Shown here: positions 23,301 to 48,294 of the stretch, piece by piece
Layout: the number at the start of each line of letters is the position of its first letter
How positions within the stretch are numbered: the first letter of the stretch is position 1
Position numbers and translations under genes: made by a program
Assembly: GCA_036172245.1 (NCBI GenBank)
Contig: JAYWIR010000051.1
Span: 806,001 to 870,000 of the forward strand
Length of the DNA: 64,000 nt
Reading direction: 5' to 3'
Source of the DNA: Raillietiella orientalis
Taxonomy: Eukaryota
The notes under the pieces: generated by a model
What the model saw: only the letters and a program-made list of their open reading frames with translations
Databases searched by the model: none
What the model was told of the DNA's origin: nothing

Positions 23301-24702
23301 CTTCTTGGCACAAGAAAGCCCTCTTAAGACCACATTCTGAGACGCGCTGTACGCGTAATGTTGGAATGTACCTGCTGTACATATTCACGTACGGAAAAAG
23401 AAAAAAAGAACACACTAGTGAGTACAGCAATTACACGTTGGAATTCGGATGTCCACGTATTTTGTATCCCCTCCACCCGTAGGTGATGCGAAAACTTTGG
23501 TACATACGTGGAGGCTGCTTCCATGTGAAGCTGTGATTCACATCGTGTCTGCATGGGGCTGAGGGGGCTCAGTTGCTTCTTCACGTCACCGTTCCGTGGG
23601 GAAACAAAAGCGTTCAAGAAATTCCACGCTTCCTTACTTTCCTTGATCCACGTAAGGTGAAAATGCATCCTGAGAGCAAACACGCTGGGGGAGCCCCACT
23701 TTTGCCACCCACCGCATTGTCGTCTAAGAATGGACTCTGGAATGCTTGCTCACACCATAGGCCTTAAGCTAATAGTGATTCATCGCGATGCTCTCCACAC
23801 GTTGATACACTTGCTAAGTTTTTTTATTTTCTACGTTAGTTTGGAGCCATGAAAACCCACGAAGCAAAATAGTGTGCTGGAACACACCCGGACGGGCATC
23901 CAGACTGACTTAAACTTTTGTAGCATTAGGTAAATAGTTTTTTGGCAGTCTTACATTTTCTGCTCATAAATATAACATTGCTGTAGCCACGAATGCTATT
24001 AAATGCTGGAAGGACAAAAAAGAAATAACGTTCACTTGTTTTATAGAGTGCAAAGCTGAGTGCAAGTGTGTAACCATCACATTTCAAGCGTTTTAGATCA
24101 ATGAGGACATTTGATTGGCATCAGTAATGTTAAATCCTTAGCAAACGCAATACATGTTAAAGAAAATTATTTCGAGCCCTATTTCTGCAGTGTTTTCATT
24201 TCGTTTCTTATTGTTACTGGTGTGCATCAAGGATGTCAGTTTTACGACTTTGAAATTACTACAGAATAGTTCGGTAGCTCAAGTCAGTAGCCTTCAGAAA
24301 ACTGTTTTTGTTTAGACGTGAATACCAGCACCTTGAGAGTCTTCTAGTGCGTTAAATCTTTTTCAGAATGTGCAAACAGGTTTTCAAATAATGACTTGAT
24401 GACTGTGGTTACAAAAACTTGAAAAACAGATTTATAGATTCAGCCCTTGCATATGCAACATAAGAAAAGAAACCGAAAATGAGACTTTTGCAATTGCATG
24501 TAGTTTGTATTGGTTTTCTGAGGTGAACATGTTGCTTTTCGATTTCCGACCATGTCTTCTGAGTCAAATGATGTCTTAATGCACAAGGTTTGTTTACTTT
24601 TGTCGTTTTTTCAATATCTGATTTAGATCCAATGCCAAGTTTTTCATAAAATAGGCTGTTGTTGGAACTTACCTTAAAGAAGCTGAAAGTGATATCCATT
24701 AC
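20400..24702 (-). CDS. Putative uncharacterised multi-exon gene with small exons
   Basis: Canonical AG|exon|GTAAG units on -: 24702-24673 (VMDITFSFFK), ..LPDKVSLSSNLHTSP|gtaag (~22855), ..KVGVDISKSSVENVDSPYVDATNPHIR (~22020), ..EFEECAKCLLNLFAEGEMGKTGKNRILRGLH|gtaag (~21170). AT-rich context like the neighbouring genes. No full model. Confidence 0.3.
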
Positions 24703-25699
24703 CTGAAACTTGCAGCTTTTCTAATTATGGATACATGTGTACATATTACACATGTATACATGCACATGTAAAAAATGTACAACACCATTATTGCTACTAC
24801 TACCATAAGATGTCAGCACTCAAGTGTTTATCTGTGATTTCTTGATGTCACATATGTTCACTGTTAACTGATCATTCCCAACCATTCAACAAGTATTCAT
24901 GGCAAACACTAGTCAGGAAAATGATTTTAAAAATGCACTGATTGATGTGCACCAGCTTTTTTCAAAGAGTCCACCAAATGATGGATGTAAGAAGTAAAAA
25001 ACCAAAAAATGTTCACTTGGCAAATCAACTATGTTTTGAAATTTGGAAACTAGCTTAAGGGCTTAAAGGAAAGGTATTTGCTGTAGTTTTTGTAGCCGAA
25101 CTTTGGGAGTTGTACACTGTATATCTCATTTCATATGCCTTTTTAGGCCTTGTTAATTATCCTGTAAATAATGTACCTGTTGAGCATGCCCTAACTACAA
25201 GATTATGCATACACATGAATTTATTGTTTTTAAGGATAAAAACGAATTGTCTAGCAGGAGTTTTCTCCAAGACTCGATAAGCTCGAGTGGTTTTACGCAT
25301 AATACATGTGGCGCCTTTTGTATACAGCTAATGATTGAGGCTACAATTCTTGACTTTGTAAACCTGTTTATGATTTTGTAAAAGAACTTTCAAGATATCA
25401 TGTTTCCGTTGAGGAACAGCAAAATAATAACCGACATGCATAGAAAAAAATTATGCTGTTTCTTTTGATTTTTTGTTGTTTTTTTTTTTTAAAAAAAAAG
25501 GGCTATTGAAAAACTGAAAGTTGGCATGTTTTGCTAAATACAGTGATTAGGATTTCCGAAACAAGAAACCTTTAAATTGCAATTAACAGAAACTGTTGCA
25601 CGTAGGAAAGCAAAGGGGGAAGAAAAAAAAGGAGGAAAGCCCCAAAAAAAAAACTGTGCATGATGGAACCAGCATGCAAATTAACGCATCCACGTGCTT

Positions 25700-26080
25700 T
25701 TCCCACACCATCCCCATACTCAGCTTTACTACGCAGAAGCACTCGGGATCGCCAAGCAGCCAACCAGAGCTGCAAGAACTCCGGCGTGCGCCCACGGACG
25801 AGCCGCTTCGTCCGTCCGCCCGGCCCGAGGTGAATTCGACACTCGGCACAGTGTTCACGTGCCGAAAAAACACTCCCCGCGGTACGTGTGCTCCTTTTTT
25901 TTTCTCGTGTCTCTCTCTCTGTGTGTGTTTTTGTTTCCTCCCTGGATCGCTCGTGACCACTGGTGCGCTGCTTCCAATGGTTCGGTGGCACACACGCTTC
26001 GGGCAGTGCAAAATCAAATGGTGAGGAGCCCGTGCTCGTCGGCATTGGGACGAGCCTTCGTGGCGTGCAACTCTTTTCAT
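25700..26080 (+). promoter_or_regulatory. Candidate CpG-rich promoter / non-coding first exon of PACSIN
   Basis: Local CpG-rich island with CCGCCC, a strong donor CAT|GTAAGT at 26081, and an acceptor TACAG| at ~27458 upstream of the PACSIN ATG. Confidence 0.35.
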
Positions 26081-27560
26081 GTAAGTGTCCTCGAGGATGC
26101 CGTGCCAGCCTTAGACGTTTCGTTTCTTCCAGCAGCCTTTTGACGATTCGACGAACCAGCACAACGGAGTCGAGCCCACGGGGGGTCGGTAGAATGGCAC
26201 GTTCACCTCTTTCCGTACGTGGTGCTGGGGCTTCCGCAGTGAGTTGGCATGTATGCCCAGGGTATCGGCAATTTCATTGCAGTTACGTAACTCTGTTATC
26301 AATCTTTATATATGGAACCCATTTGCATCTTCGATAATTCCAGGGTGGTTTTGGCAAACAAGCGAGCAAACAAGAGGGAACATCCCGGTGTAACACAACA
26401 CGGACGGTTTCCGCGACAGGGAGAAGGCCGCGCGGTGTTTCGAGAAGGCAGAGATTTCATTTCATTTTTTTTTTTTTTTTTTTTGTCCATTGCCGTTTTG
26501 TCGTTTCGGAGGAGCATTCTCTTTGGTGCTGCTCGCCCAAGTGGACAGTGAATAACGCTATACCACGAAATAGACGAGGTCGGAGCAGGAAGGTGTGAGG
26601 AATCCACCGAGGTGATTTTCTTTCGGGGGATAACTTTTTTGCCTTTTATGCCAAATAATTGAACCACCTGTATCACGATTGGCAACTTTGGTCATTTTTC
26701 GTTTACCAAAGTAAAAATCATGGTGAATCGTGTTCCCTTGGATAAAATAGTCTGCATTTTTCCTACACCTACGGCCATTTTTTTTTTTTTTTTTTTGTCT
26801 TTTCCAAAGAAATTTGCATCTATTATATGTTGCCCATCTATGCATACCTGTTCGGATCGTAGCCTGAGGCGTTACCTCGCCCAACCTGCTTGGCTCGAAA
26901 GAATCCGATGATGTGATAGAATTTTTCGCTTCAGCAGAATGTTTTTTTCGTGCTGCAAAACTTTGCAAACGCTACCGCCCGAGTACTCGTGTGTTTTTCG
27001 TTTTTTCCCCCCTCCCCCCCTTCTTTTTTTTGGTTTTCTCAGCAAGGTGTTTTTTTTTTTTTTTTTTTTTTTTCTTCCCATGAGATTGCTTGCACGATTC
27101 GTTCATGTATCCAAAGTTTGTAAACTTTCTCACAAAGAAGGCAGTCTAAATTTGTGTCAGCATCTTTTTTCGAAAGCCAGAACGCATTTTTGATCTGAAA
27201 GAGATCCTTGGCTTGCGATTGAGAGTAATGGGAACAGCGAAATGCAATCCTAATTGCCATCATTCATGTTTAAGAGATGATGCATGCCTTTTCAGGTAAA
27301 AGGTGTTTCCAAAGTGGGGCGGGATATTCTGAAAGTGAAAAGCAAATTGATGTTTCATTCAGCAAATCAAATTCAATCCATTTTGCATTCCAGAGTCATT
27401 TTATGTGATTATTGGGAATAATTATTTCGTGTGATTTCTGTGTTGTTTTGGTATACAGGAAACGATTTCGAGTGGCCCTTTGCTACTGCAAGCGATCCAT
27501 TTTAATGGCAATTGCTTAATACATGCATATATATAACCCCCCGTGTGACTACTGCACGTA

Positions 27561-39720
<12,160 letters not shown>

Positions 39721-40949
39721 CCCGTGAGGAGTGGAGAGAGATCCGCCCCCTCCCCCCAGTGCCCTCCTCCCGACGCCCGCGGGCGTTTTTGGATGGCCTC
39801 GCGCACTTTTCGGAACTTTTCTTTGCCGCCTCTGCTTCTGCGGACGTCGTGGATCCACACTTAACGCGTTTGGTGTTCCAGCGACGTCCGAGGAGCGGAG
39901 CCGGCGTCCAGCCATCGCGAAGCCAGAATAAAGTTTGTTATTATTTGTAGAGGGCGTTTCGGTCCGTCGTTGTCTGGCACCATGGACGCAGGGGTGCTCT
40001 CTGCCCACCCGCTCCCGACATCCTCCCTTCTCGGGTCACGTGCCCATGAATCATTTTGGGGGTGTTTCAGGCCGTGATGCACGTCTCGTCTCCCCGTAGT
40101 CCACCACCACAGCCGATGCAGGCAGACGGTCGTCGCACGGCTTTCTCCTTTCAAGCTTGCCGTCGCCAGGGGGGCACGATACCGGAAGGTTGCCGTGGAA
40201 ACGCGCGCGCCGATCGCTCGTCGGCAGGTGCTTGCGCTGTACGCGAGCGCCGTGTAGCTTACCGGCGTGATCCCGCTAGAGGCGCGCGCGCAAAAAGGAA
40301 CACTTCCGTCATGGGGAGACGCTCCCGTCGTGGAGAAGCGCGTACTGCTCCCCCCCATCCTCCGGCCGACTTTTTTTTTTTTTTTTTGTACTGTACAACT
40401 TCTCGTACGACTGGGCGACCTGCGATCCAGCTGTCGTGAGTTTTCGTCCGTTTTGGGGAGCGGAGATGTCCCTCGTTCCCGATCCCCGCGCACTTGCCGC
40501 GGGTCAGGGAGAAAGAATGGGGACACACGTGGCGGACGCTCGGCACGGCATGCAGAGGGAGGCGGGCAGGAAGAGGACCGCTTCACAGCGGTGTCCTCCT
40601 CCCGAGCGACCGGGCGCTGCGTGGCACTTCGCTCCCTGCCTTCCTCGGAGCCGCGCTGTTCCGTTCCGTTCTCTGCTGGCACGGAGGACGTCGGGGCGGG
40701 GGATGGCTTGTGAATGCGTGCGTGCCTAGAAACGCCCTGGAGGGGCGCGGCGAAAGGTGGCTCATTCTGCTGTCGGAAACGCGCGCGCGCCTCCCCGATT
40801 GCGGACGCGGGGATGAGTGGATTCTTCGTGTCGCCATCGTCCCTGTGCGCTTTCAGCGTCATCCGAGCTGCTGCTGCTGCTGCTTGCGCTTCCGACCTGC
40901 TGCCACGAAATTTTCTGCAGGTGGTGCTGACGTCGCCTTGCGTCGCTCG

Positions 40950-41350
40950 GCGACGGTGCCCCTCCCACCCCTGCAGTGACGACCTCTCCTTTGACGCATC
41001 CCCCCTCCCCTCTTTTCTGCGTCAGGGGATTCCCAGCCGACGAAGGACAGACGCCCCTTGGGGTCGCCGGTCACCCGAAAGTCGGCTCGGCTGCAGGTGC
41101 CCGACATGGAAGCCGTGCAGCAGCGGGGGAGGAAGGAAAGAGCGGGCGGGTTGTGGCGTTCTTCGCCGTTTTTGGTTCAGGCGGCGGTATTCACGGCAGG
41201 TCCGTGCAGCCCCGAGCGCCGTCTCCGGGACTGCTTGCCCCTTCCGATCTTCTCGCTTGTTCCATGCTAGCACGAGCGCCTGGGCGCCGCGCGTCCGCTG
41301 CAAAGGGGGTACCCTTCTGGCTCGGCTCCACTGACCGCTTCCGCGACTGC
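40950..41350 (+). mobile_element. Penelope-like RT fragment
   Basis: DDLSFDASPL (~LVSFDVTSLF) and RYSRQVRAA (~Y.Q..G.A). Confidence 0.3.
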
Positions 41351-41382
41351 GGAGGACACCGACCAGAGCACGGGGCAATCCG

Positions 41383-41384
<2 letters not shown>

Positions 41385-41427
<43 letters not shown>
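41385..41427. repeat. (TA)n microsatellite, ~21 units
   Basis: Read directly. Confidence 0.95.
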
Positions 41428-41431
<4 letters not shown>

Positions 41432-42739
41432 TCACGACAGGATCGAGTTCCCCGTCCCGACAAGCGGACCGGAAATGCAGCAGGCGGCGTTCCTGCACGC
41501 ACGCTGTCCTTTTAACCGCGCGAAGTGTGCGCGGGTGCACACGTACCCGCGTCTGCGTGCTTGCCAGCGTGCATGCGTTGCGGGCTTCCCATGAAGCCTC
41601 CCCCCCCCCTCCTCCTCTCCTCAAAAAAAAAAAAAAAAAAAAATGCAGTCGTGGATGTGGAGGAATGGAAAAGTGGAAGAGTTTGCACGAGGCGTGCCCC
41701 ATTTGCACAAACCATAGGACACACACCCCGGCACATCGCTCTGCTCCCGCTTTTAGCCATGAATCGTCCCCAATTCGGGCAGCCCGCCGGACGCTGGATC
41801 GCACTCGTTCGACTGGGATTCGGCTCGAGCGCGGTCCTCTTTGTGCTGGCTGCGACCAGGTCACGGGCAGCTGGCCTCCGTGGCTTGAAGACGGGGACGC
41901 GCCCCGACCTTGCTCCTTCCTTCTCGTTGGCGATGCTGAGGCGCGTCGAGCGTCGCATCTTCGGGGGATGGGAAGAGTTCCGCGAACTCATTGCCCTGAT
42001 GACGCGGAAGCCTCCCTACGAGACGGCGGGCAGAGGACAAACGCGCGCAACGGCAACCAGGCCCGGAGGCGGCAGCGCGAGTTGGCGGCGGCAGGGACGC
42101 TCGCTGTTCTGGACACGGGCGTCCCGAGTCGGCGGTGCGCCCAAGAATCACGCGATGGTTCGCAGCGGCAGGCCGAAGGGAGAATGCACGAGACAACCTT
42201 CCACCCCCGTTTACGTCCACGCAGCACGCATGCGCAAGTTCGCTAATGCGGAAGACGATCCGCCGAAACCCTCGCGTCGATCTCGACTGCGTCGGTGCCT
42301 TCCGATCGCCGGCGATTCGCACCGGAAGCGCCTTCGGTTGCCGGGGAGCGATGGAGCGATTGTCACGGGTAACGGGCTATCGAAGAGGCGTGTTGATGCT
42401 TTCGGCGTGCTTGAAATCTCGAGCAAGCGCCCATCTAGCGGTGTGCCGGAAAAGCTGTCTTCTCGCGCGCGAAAGCGCGTGCTATGGCGTCGCGTCACTG
42501 CGGCGAGGCCCACGCTCTTCGTCACATCGGCCCTTTTTTTTTTTTTGTTTCACGCTACTTCCGGCCACTCTGGTTGGTCGAAGGAGGGCACTCTGTCCCG
42601 TTGGCAACCGCGCGCGCAGAATGCCTGACAACATCATCCCTGACTCTGGAGCTGGTTGCCACCCACAGAATCCGAATCTTCCCCTGGCCTCAGACGGCGG
42701 GCTTATCTGCAACGGAATTTTCGATTGCGCGCTACGGCC

Positions 42740-44200
42740 GGAAGTAGCGCGTAAGATGCCCTGGAGGCGCGGCTGCAGCTTTGGATCCTCAGGGCAAACG
42801 AGCAGCCTCTTGACCTGCTTGCCCAGTATCGGCCCTCCGGTGACACACTTCGAGGATCTCCGGACTCCGACCCCTTCCCGGCACGGCAACGTCATTTGGC
42901 ATGGGCACGGAGAGAGGTCGCCGTGGCGAAATCAGCCGCAGCTCGGTGACCTCGGTCGACCGTCGGGAGGAAATTTCCGTGAAAGGCCGGGGTCCTCTCG
43001 GAAGGGTCCGTGACCTTCGTCCTGTTTCCTTGGCCAAGCAAGAGGTCATCCGTGCATCCGTGCTCCTCCCTCGAGAGGGTTTCCTTCCCTCCCGGAAGTC
43101 CTCCCTTAGAGAAGCTGCGGAAGAGCCCCGTCGCCGGGGCGACCGGCTGCAGACGACGGTGGAAACGGGGGGGAGGAAGTGGAAAGGGCAGACCCTCCCC
43201 CACCCTTGGGGCGAAGCGTGGTGCGCCCGCACCCGCCGCCTTCCGGAGCTCAGCGGGCGGCGAGGGTGACCCGGTCCGGGCCACCCTCGGAGGGGGCGGC
43301 AAAGAACTGGAGCGGCGGGTGGCCTGCAGGGCCTGCCGAAAGACCCCTCCCCTATGATGCTCGCGGAAGGTCCCGGTCGTTGTCCGCAGTCGCTACAGCA
43401 CCTGGGGATGCCGGAAAGCTGCTGGGCCGGACGCAGGGCGACGGCCGCTGCGGGTCTCCTCATCCCCGCCCGGGAGACGTGGAGACAGGGACCGGAAGCA
43501 GCTCCGCCACCACGCGTCCGGGGTCCTGGGGAAGGCATGGGAGGGGCACGTGACCGGCAGACCTCGGGTCACGCCACCCCCGAGCTGCCGTGGTCCGTCG
43601 CCGCCTCCGGACGCCGCGAGCATCCTCATTCTCCCTCCTCCCTTCCCGAGAGGAGGACCCGTCCGGAGTCAGCTGGCACGACATCTGACCCAGGGATCAC
43701 CCCTCCGGTTTATCGAGTGCCAGCGAAGGCTGCGTGGGTGAGGGCGGCGGGCAGGCTATCGGTGGGTCCCTCCGGCGCTGCGCTTCTTTTTCCCCCTCAA
43801 AGACGAGCCATTTTTTCCGTGACCTCCGCCCTTACCCTTCGCCAAGCGAGAGGTCATCCGGAGCTCTCCCGCCTCCTCCCTCGAGGACCGCAGGGCGTGA
43901 AGTCGGAGGCACCAGCTCGGTCGCCTGTCCATCGAGGATCGCCGATGGCGGCGGGCGGGAAGGGGATGCCATCGGCGCCTTCTCGGGGGCGCCACCGCGG
44001 GGACGGCGGCGCCGTTCCCGTGGTCTTCGGAGAGTGCTGGTAGCTTCCGAAGGCTCCGGGGGGGCGTGGCGCGCAGGCCCAGGTGCGAGTGGAGGAGGGC
44101 GTGTCGCTTCAGGGGTTTCGGCCCTTCCCCCGGGGGCTGCACCCCAAAGGGAGACGGGGAACTGGGGCGGCAACCTCCCGTGTCCATGCCTTCCGGATCC
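42740..44200 (-). mobile_element. Decayed Penelope-like element
   Basis: PMASPSRPPPSAIL..RPAV..DD (~AMGSPLSP..P..W.RYVDD); CCCTGAGGAT terminal-motif remnant at ~42785-42794, resembling those at 9545 and 12053. Confidence 0.4.
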
Positions 44201-45389
44201 TTGCTGGACCCGCCACCGCGTTGCCAGGCATCCGTGCGGCGTGCCTCGGTCTCCTCCTCTCAGACTCTAGGGCGGTGCCCGAGCACGCGCACCCCGGACC
44301 GCGTGCGTTCGCCCCCCATCGCCTTGATCCGGTGTCGCACGCCCTTGCCGCCGACGTTCGGCAATTCCTCTCCCTTTCCCCCCTCTCCCCTCCACCGCCT
44401 TTGGGCGCTCTCGTGGGCGGTGCGGCATGCACCTGCTTAGGGAGAGCACCGAGGGAATGGCTTCCGTCGGCGCCGGCGGGCCTTTCTCCCTCTCGTCAAT
44501 GAAGGCAGGAAGGGGGAGGGGGGAAACGCGCGCGTACGTAGGAAGCGCGAAGCTCGCTTTTTGGTCTTCTTTTCCCTTTGTTTTTTTTACCGTCTCTCAA
44601 GTTTGTCGTTCAGTGGCTGCGAGCGTCGATTCCCCCCTGCCCTCCGACGAACGACCGCGAGGCGGCGACCGGCCGGCAGGCAAAGGACGCGGAAGGCCCA
44701 CGGTTTTCTGTTCACCACCACCCCCGGCGGGCCTCTCTGCCACCGTCGTCGGTAACGAACCGCGGCGGTTCCCCGAGTGCCGCATCTTCCCAGCACGGTT
44801 ACGCGTCAGCGTCGGCAGGGATGAGGTGACCCCGTTCCGCTTCGGAATTGCGAACCCTCTGCTCCGTCGCTCGGGGGTGCCTTTCGCTTACTTTCCGGAG
44901 GGGAGGAAGGAGGGCGAGTTGCGCTTCCGGTGGTTGCAGCAGCCCGAGCGACGAGCGCGCGGCGCGATTGCAGCAGCGGAGCGCCACTTCGCGGATTCGA
45001 ACGGCACGGAGCGAGCGGGGTGCGTTGTTGAGTCAGCGATCACGTAAGCGGCTCTGGGTGGTCAGCACGCCTACATGTAGGCCGTCCTTCGTGCGTTCTG
45101 AAGGCAAGGATTTGCGTTTGGCCGCGTCTCTCTGGCTGCTCTTGGACCTTCCTCCCTCTTCCGAAACAAAAACACACACACACAAAAATAAGATGCAATT
45201 ACGGAGCACCTTGAAGATATCGTGACCTGCCAGGTAGGTGGTGCTTCAACAACCAAAGCCTCGCGGCGCTGCTCGCCTTGGTGTGCCCAGCCCTCATCCA
45301 TGGTGCGCTCTTCTTGCTCCCTCCACTTTCGCAAGACGGTCCCACTTGCCCTCGCGCATTCCGAAAAGTGCAAAATTCTTTACACGCCC

Positions 45390-45610
45390 GGAGGGGAGCA
45401 GCCCCGGAGGGTCCTTTCATTCTTGGAAGGACCCTAGAGGGTCGACTTCCAATCGCGGCCAGTCAGCGTGGGGGCATCGCGCCCGAAGGCCAGCCCGCGT
45501 CATATTGAGGGGGGGGGGGAACTCGAAACCCACGGCGCACTCCATTGCTCTGGCGGCGATCCTTACTCGGGCGGGATTCGAACCCCCGGTGCCGCACTAC
45601 CGCCGGAGCG
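45390..45610 (-). mobile_element. SINE-like family 5' part with B box
   Basis: CTCGGGCGGGATTCGAACC at ~45566-45584 is identical to 9062-9080; GAACTCGAAACCCACGGCGCAC and ATTCTTGGAAGGACCCT match 9015-9036 and 8887-8902. Confidence 0.75.
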
Positions 45611-46359
45611 GGTGCGTTTTCTTTGATTTTATCGCGTACCCCCCTTTCCCACCTTCTGACAGAAGCCCAGTTCCTCTCGACGCAGTTCTTGTCTTCCTCC
45701 TCCGATGTCGAGCCCCTTGTGGCCAGTGGGAAAAGGGTGCGTACAGGACGGTCGAAGACGAAGCGACCGAATGACTTTAGTGGACGCCCTTCCGCGAACT
45801 CAGCTGGTTGCCGCACCCCGCCGCCGGCAGTCCTTCGGCACAGATCCTCCAGGGAGACCGCTGCGATTCGCGGTCGGTGGCAGTCGGAACGCTCGCCGGC
45901 TGCGGCCGTGGCAACGCTTCTTGGCCGGGTCTCGGTGGTGGCCACGGCAGGCGCCGACCACTTGAGCCAGCCCGCCGATATCCGAAGGCGAAGAGGACAG
46001 GTGGCGGCGGTTGCCGGGGAGATTCGGAAGAAGGCGCGCGCTGTTACCTATTCCGTGAGTGCCGAGAGGCGTCTTGGGCGTTGACTGCGTGGGCTTGTGT
46101 CCCGGGCGTCACCTTTAAACAAAACGCCAAGGTCCAAGCGCGCACGTTCTCTCATAGCGTCTGCATTTTATTTTATTTTTTTTCTTCTCCGACAGCAAGG
46201 ACCGGTAAAATTCCCCGGAGGCTGTCGGTCCTTCTCATACCCCGCCCCTTCCTGTTTTCCTTCTGAAGAGATAGCGGCAGGTCGCGTCTCCCCCCAGCGG
46301 ATTCGCTCCGAGGGAAGAGTCAGTGCGAGGTTTTTCCCATGCACTCCAGTCGGAACGGA

Positions 46360-46430
46360 ACGGGTGGGATTCGAACCCGGTCCCGAGAGCACTCCTCATG
46401 CGGGCTGAGCGCGCGCACCATCGCTGTCGT
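46360..46430 (-). mobile_element. Isolated tRNA-like SINE head
   Basis: GGTTCGAATCCC B box on - (plus strand GGGATTCGAACC, ~46366-46377); no full cloverleaf. Confidence 0.4.
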
Positions 46431-46799
46431 GCACGGACGCGCACGAATTTGGCGGGGTGACGGGGGAGTCATGGAACGGGCAGGATCCCATCACGAGGAG
46501 GCTGCAGAGCTCCTCTCGTTCCTTTTGTGGCACCACCGCCTGGAGACCAGATCTCCGGTGCGCCGCAGCTGCAGCGCGCGCACACAACGGAGTTTTTTAC
46601 ATTTGCTCGCGCGCGTGTGCGTGGGGGGAGGAGACGAGGAGGTTTAGGGTGTGCGCACCCCAGCGAGACAGCAATTTGTGTTCCCCCCAAAACGGTCGTT
46701 TCTGAGGATCGAAGCTGATTGGCTCCCCCGTTCACAGGTGGGACGGCTTTCGCCGTCTCGCGAAACAATGGACTCCACGTTACGTGCTCCTCGGAGGAA

Positions 46800-48200
46800 A
46801 ACCGTTCTCGAACTTTCCCGACCTTCCATCACTGCGAGGGGCGCCACCGTGCGAGAAACGCGCAGGGGCGGCGACGCGTGGCAGCTCCCGCGTAATCCCG
46901 GGCTGCGGCCTTCCGCGTGTAGCGGAGGCTTTCCACGCGCTCGTCCCCGCAGGCGCTTCCGTGGCTACGGGTCCCGGGGTGGGGGACGACGACGGCGCTT
47001 CTTTGAACTCGCCCAACCCCCAAGGGCTGCTTGGAGGCTCCGCGGTTCGGGGTTGGGAGGGACCCAAGCAGGGGGACGACTGCTGGAATGTCTCCCGAGG
47101 CTCCTGGCGACGAAAGCGGGTGTGTGCATCGCGTGGGGGTGTGGACAGGCGCGCAGCGAGAGCCGATGGGGGCGCCACGCAGGGTTTAGGAACCAAGATG
47201 GACCCAGGACAGAGCGAGGATTGGGCAGCTCCAGGATGGCGTGGGGGACTGGCCGACGCACGGATGGGATTTGCAGCGATCGGCGAACGAGTGGACGCGC
47301 GGATGCGCGCGCTGACGTCAGAACATCCGGCGCGAGGGGAATCCTGCGTGTCCTTCCCTCCCGGAAGGAAGGGAGGGGGGGGGGAGAAGCGATGCGCTGC
47401 CACTCTGGGCCAGCCTCTGGCGGTGCCATCTCGGAGCATCTCGACGTAGCTCACATAGCGCGCGCGGTAGTCAGGTCGCACCTCTGGGTCATTTTTCGTG
47501 TTCGTCATCCGCACAGGGTTGCAGCAGATAAAGAGGGCGAGGATAGGAGGGAGACGGAGCCCAAGCGCGTCACCCCAAGCAGAAACGTCTCCTTGGAAAT
47601 GCGGGTGTGGCAGTGCTGCCTCTGGCCTCTCTGAGCGCCGCCACACCGTCCGAGATCCAGGATTGAGGCTACAGCTCGGCCCTGGGCGTCCGGCGATCTT
47701 CCCGGAACGGTTCGACGCTACAAGGGAGCCGTCGGCGGTTGCTAGGCAGCGCGAGGTACGAGCCGGCGACGCCAGCGAGTCCCGTCTTCGTTCCTCGCCC
47801 AGCCGTATGGCGCGCGCGGGATCAGCGGCAGACAGCGGCGCGCCATCGCCTTGCCAGAGAACGGCACACCCGTTTCCCGGCAACCGTAGGCGTACACGCA
47901 CGGGTCACGCGCAAGCGACGACGCGCGCTTCTTCCGGGTCGCCTCCGCGTCCGGAGCGGCGCTCCTCGGAGGGGGGTAAGCGAGCCGGACGTCCCGAGAG
48001 CCTCCCACGCGCGCGTCGTCAAGCGAGACCGCTCCGCCGCTCGCCTTCCTCCGGCTCCAGCGAGTGGAGATGGAGCTCCCGAGGGAGGGTCGCCCGGGAT
48101 GCGCGCCGTCACCAGGGTGGCATGGCTCCTCCCTCCCTCCCTGCCCGTCCGGGCTGGAGGCGCTCCACGACTTTCTGAGCAGCTCGCCGCCGGCGCGTTC
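46800..48200 (-). mobile_element. Decayed Penelope-like RT
   Basis: IPRAPYGWARNEDG (~PRFYGLPK.HK.G); FQGDVSAWGDALGLRLPPILALFI (~F.G..Q..G.AMGSPLSPILANIF); RPDYRARYV (~P..W.RYVDD); PFL. Confidence 0.55.
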
Positions 48201-48294
48201 GCCCATCTGAGGTACCGCGGGAGCCCTGACTCCTGCACCTCGCCAGGGGAGCAGGTGCCCCGTCCGTCGGACGCCACCGGCGGATGTGTGCGTC

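Noticed and set aside
24732..24757. TACATGTGTA..TACACATGTA hairpin
   Set aside because: Low-complexity TACA/TGTA sequence; likely chance.
42428..42444. CTCF-like motifs (also ~8413 and ~40272)
   Set aside because: Spacing deviates from the consensus, and such matches are expected by chance in GC-rich sequence.
44600..46090. Additional Penelope-like peptides (RALVARAA on -, TLLGRV on +)
   Set aside because: Single short motifs in GC-rich DNA are insufficient.
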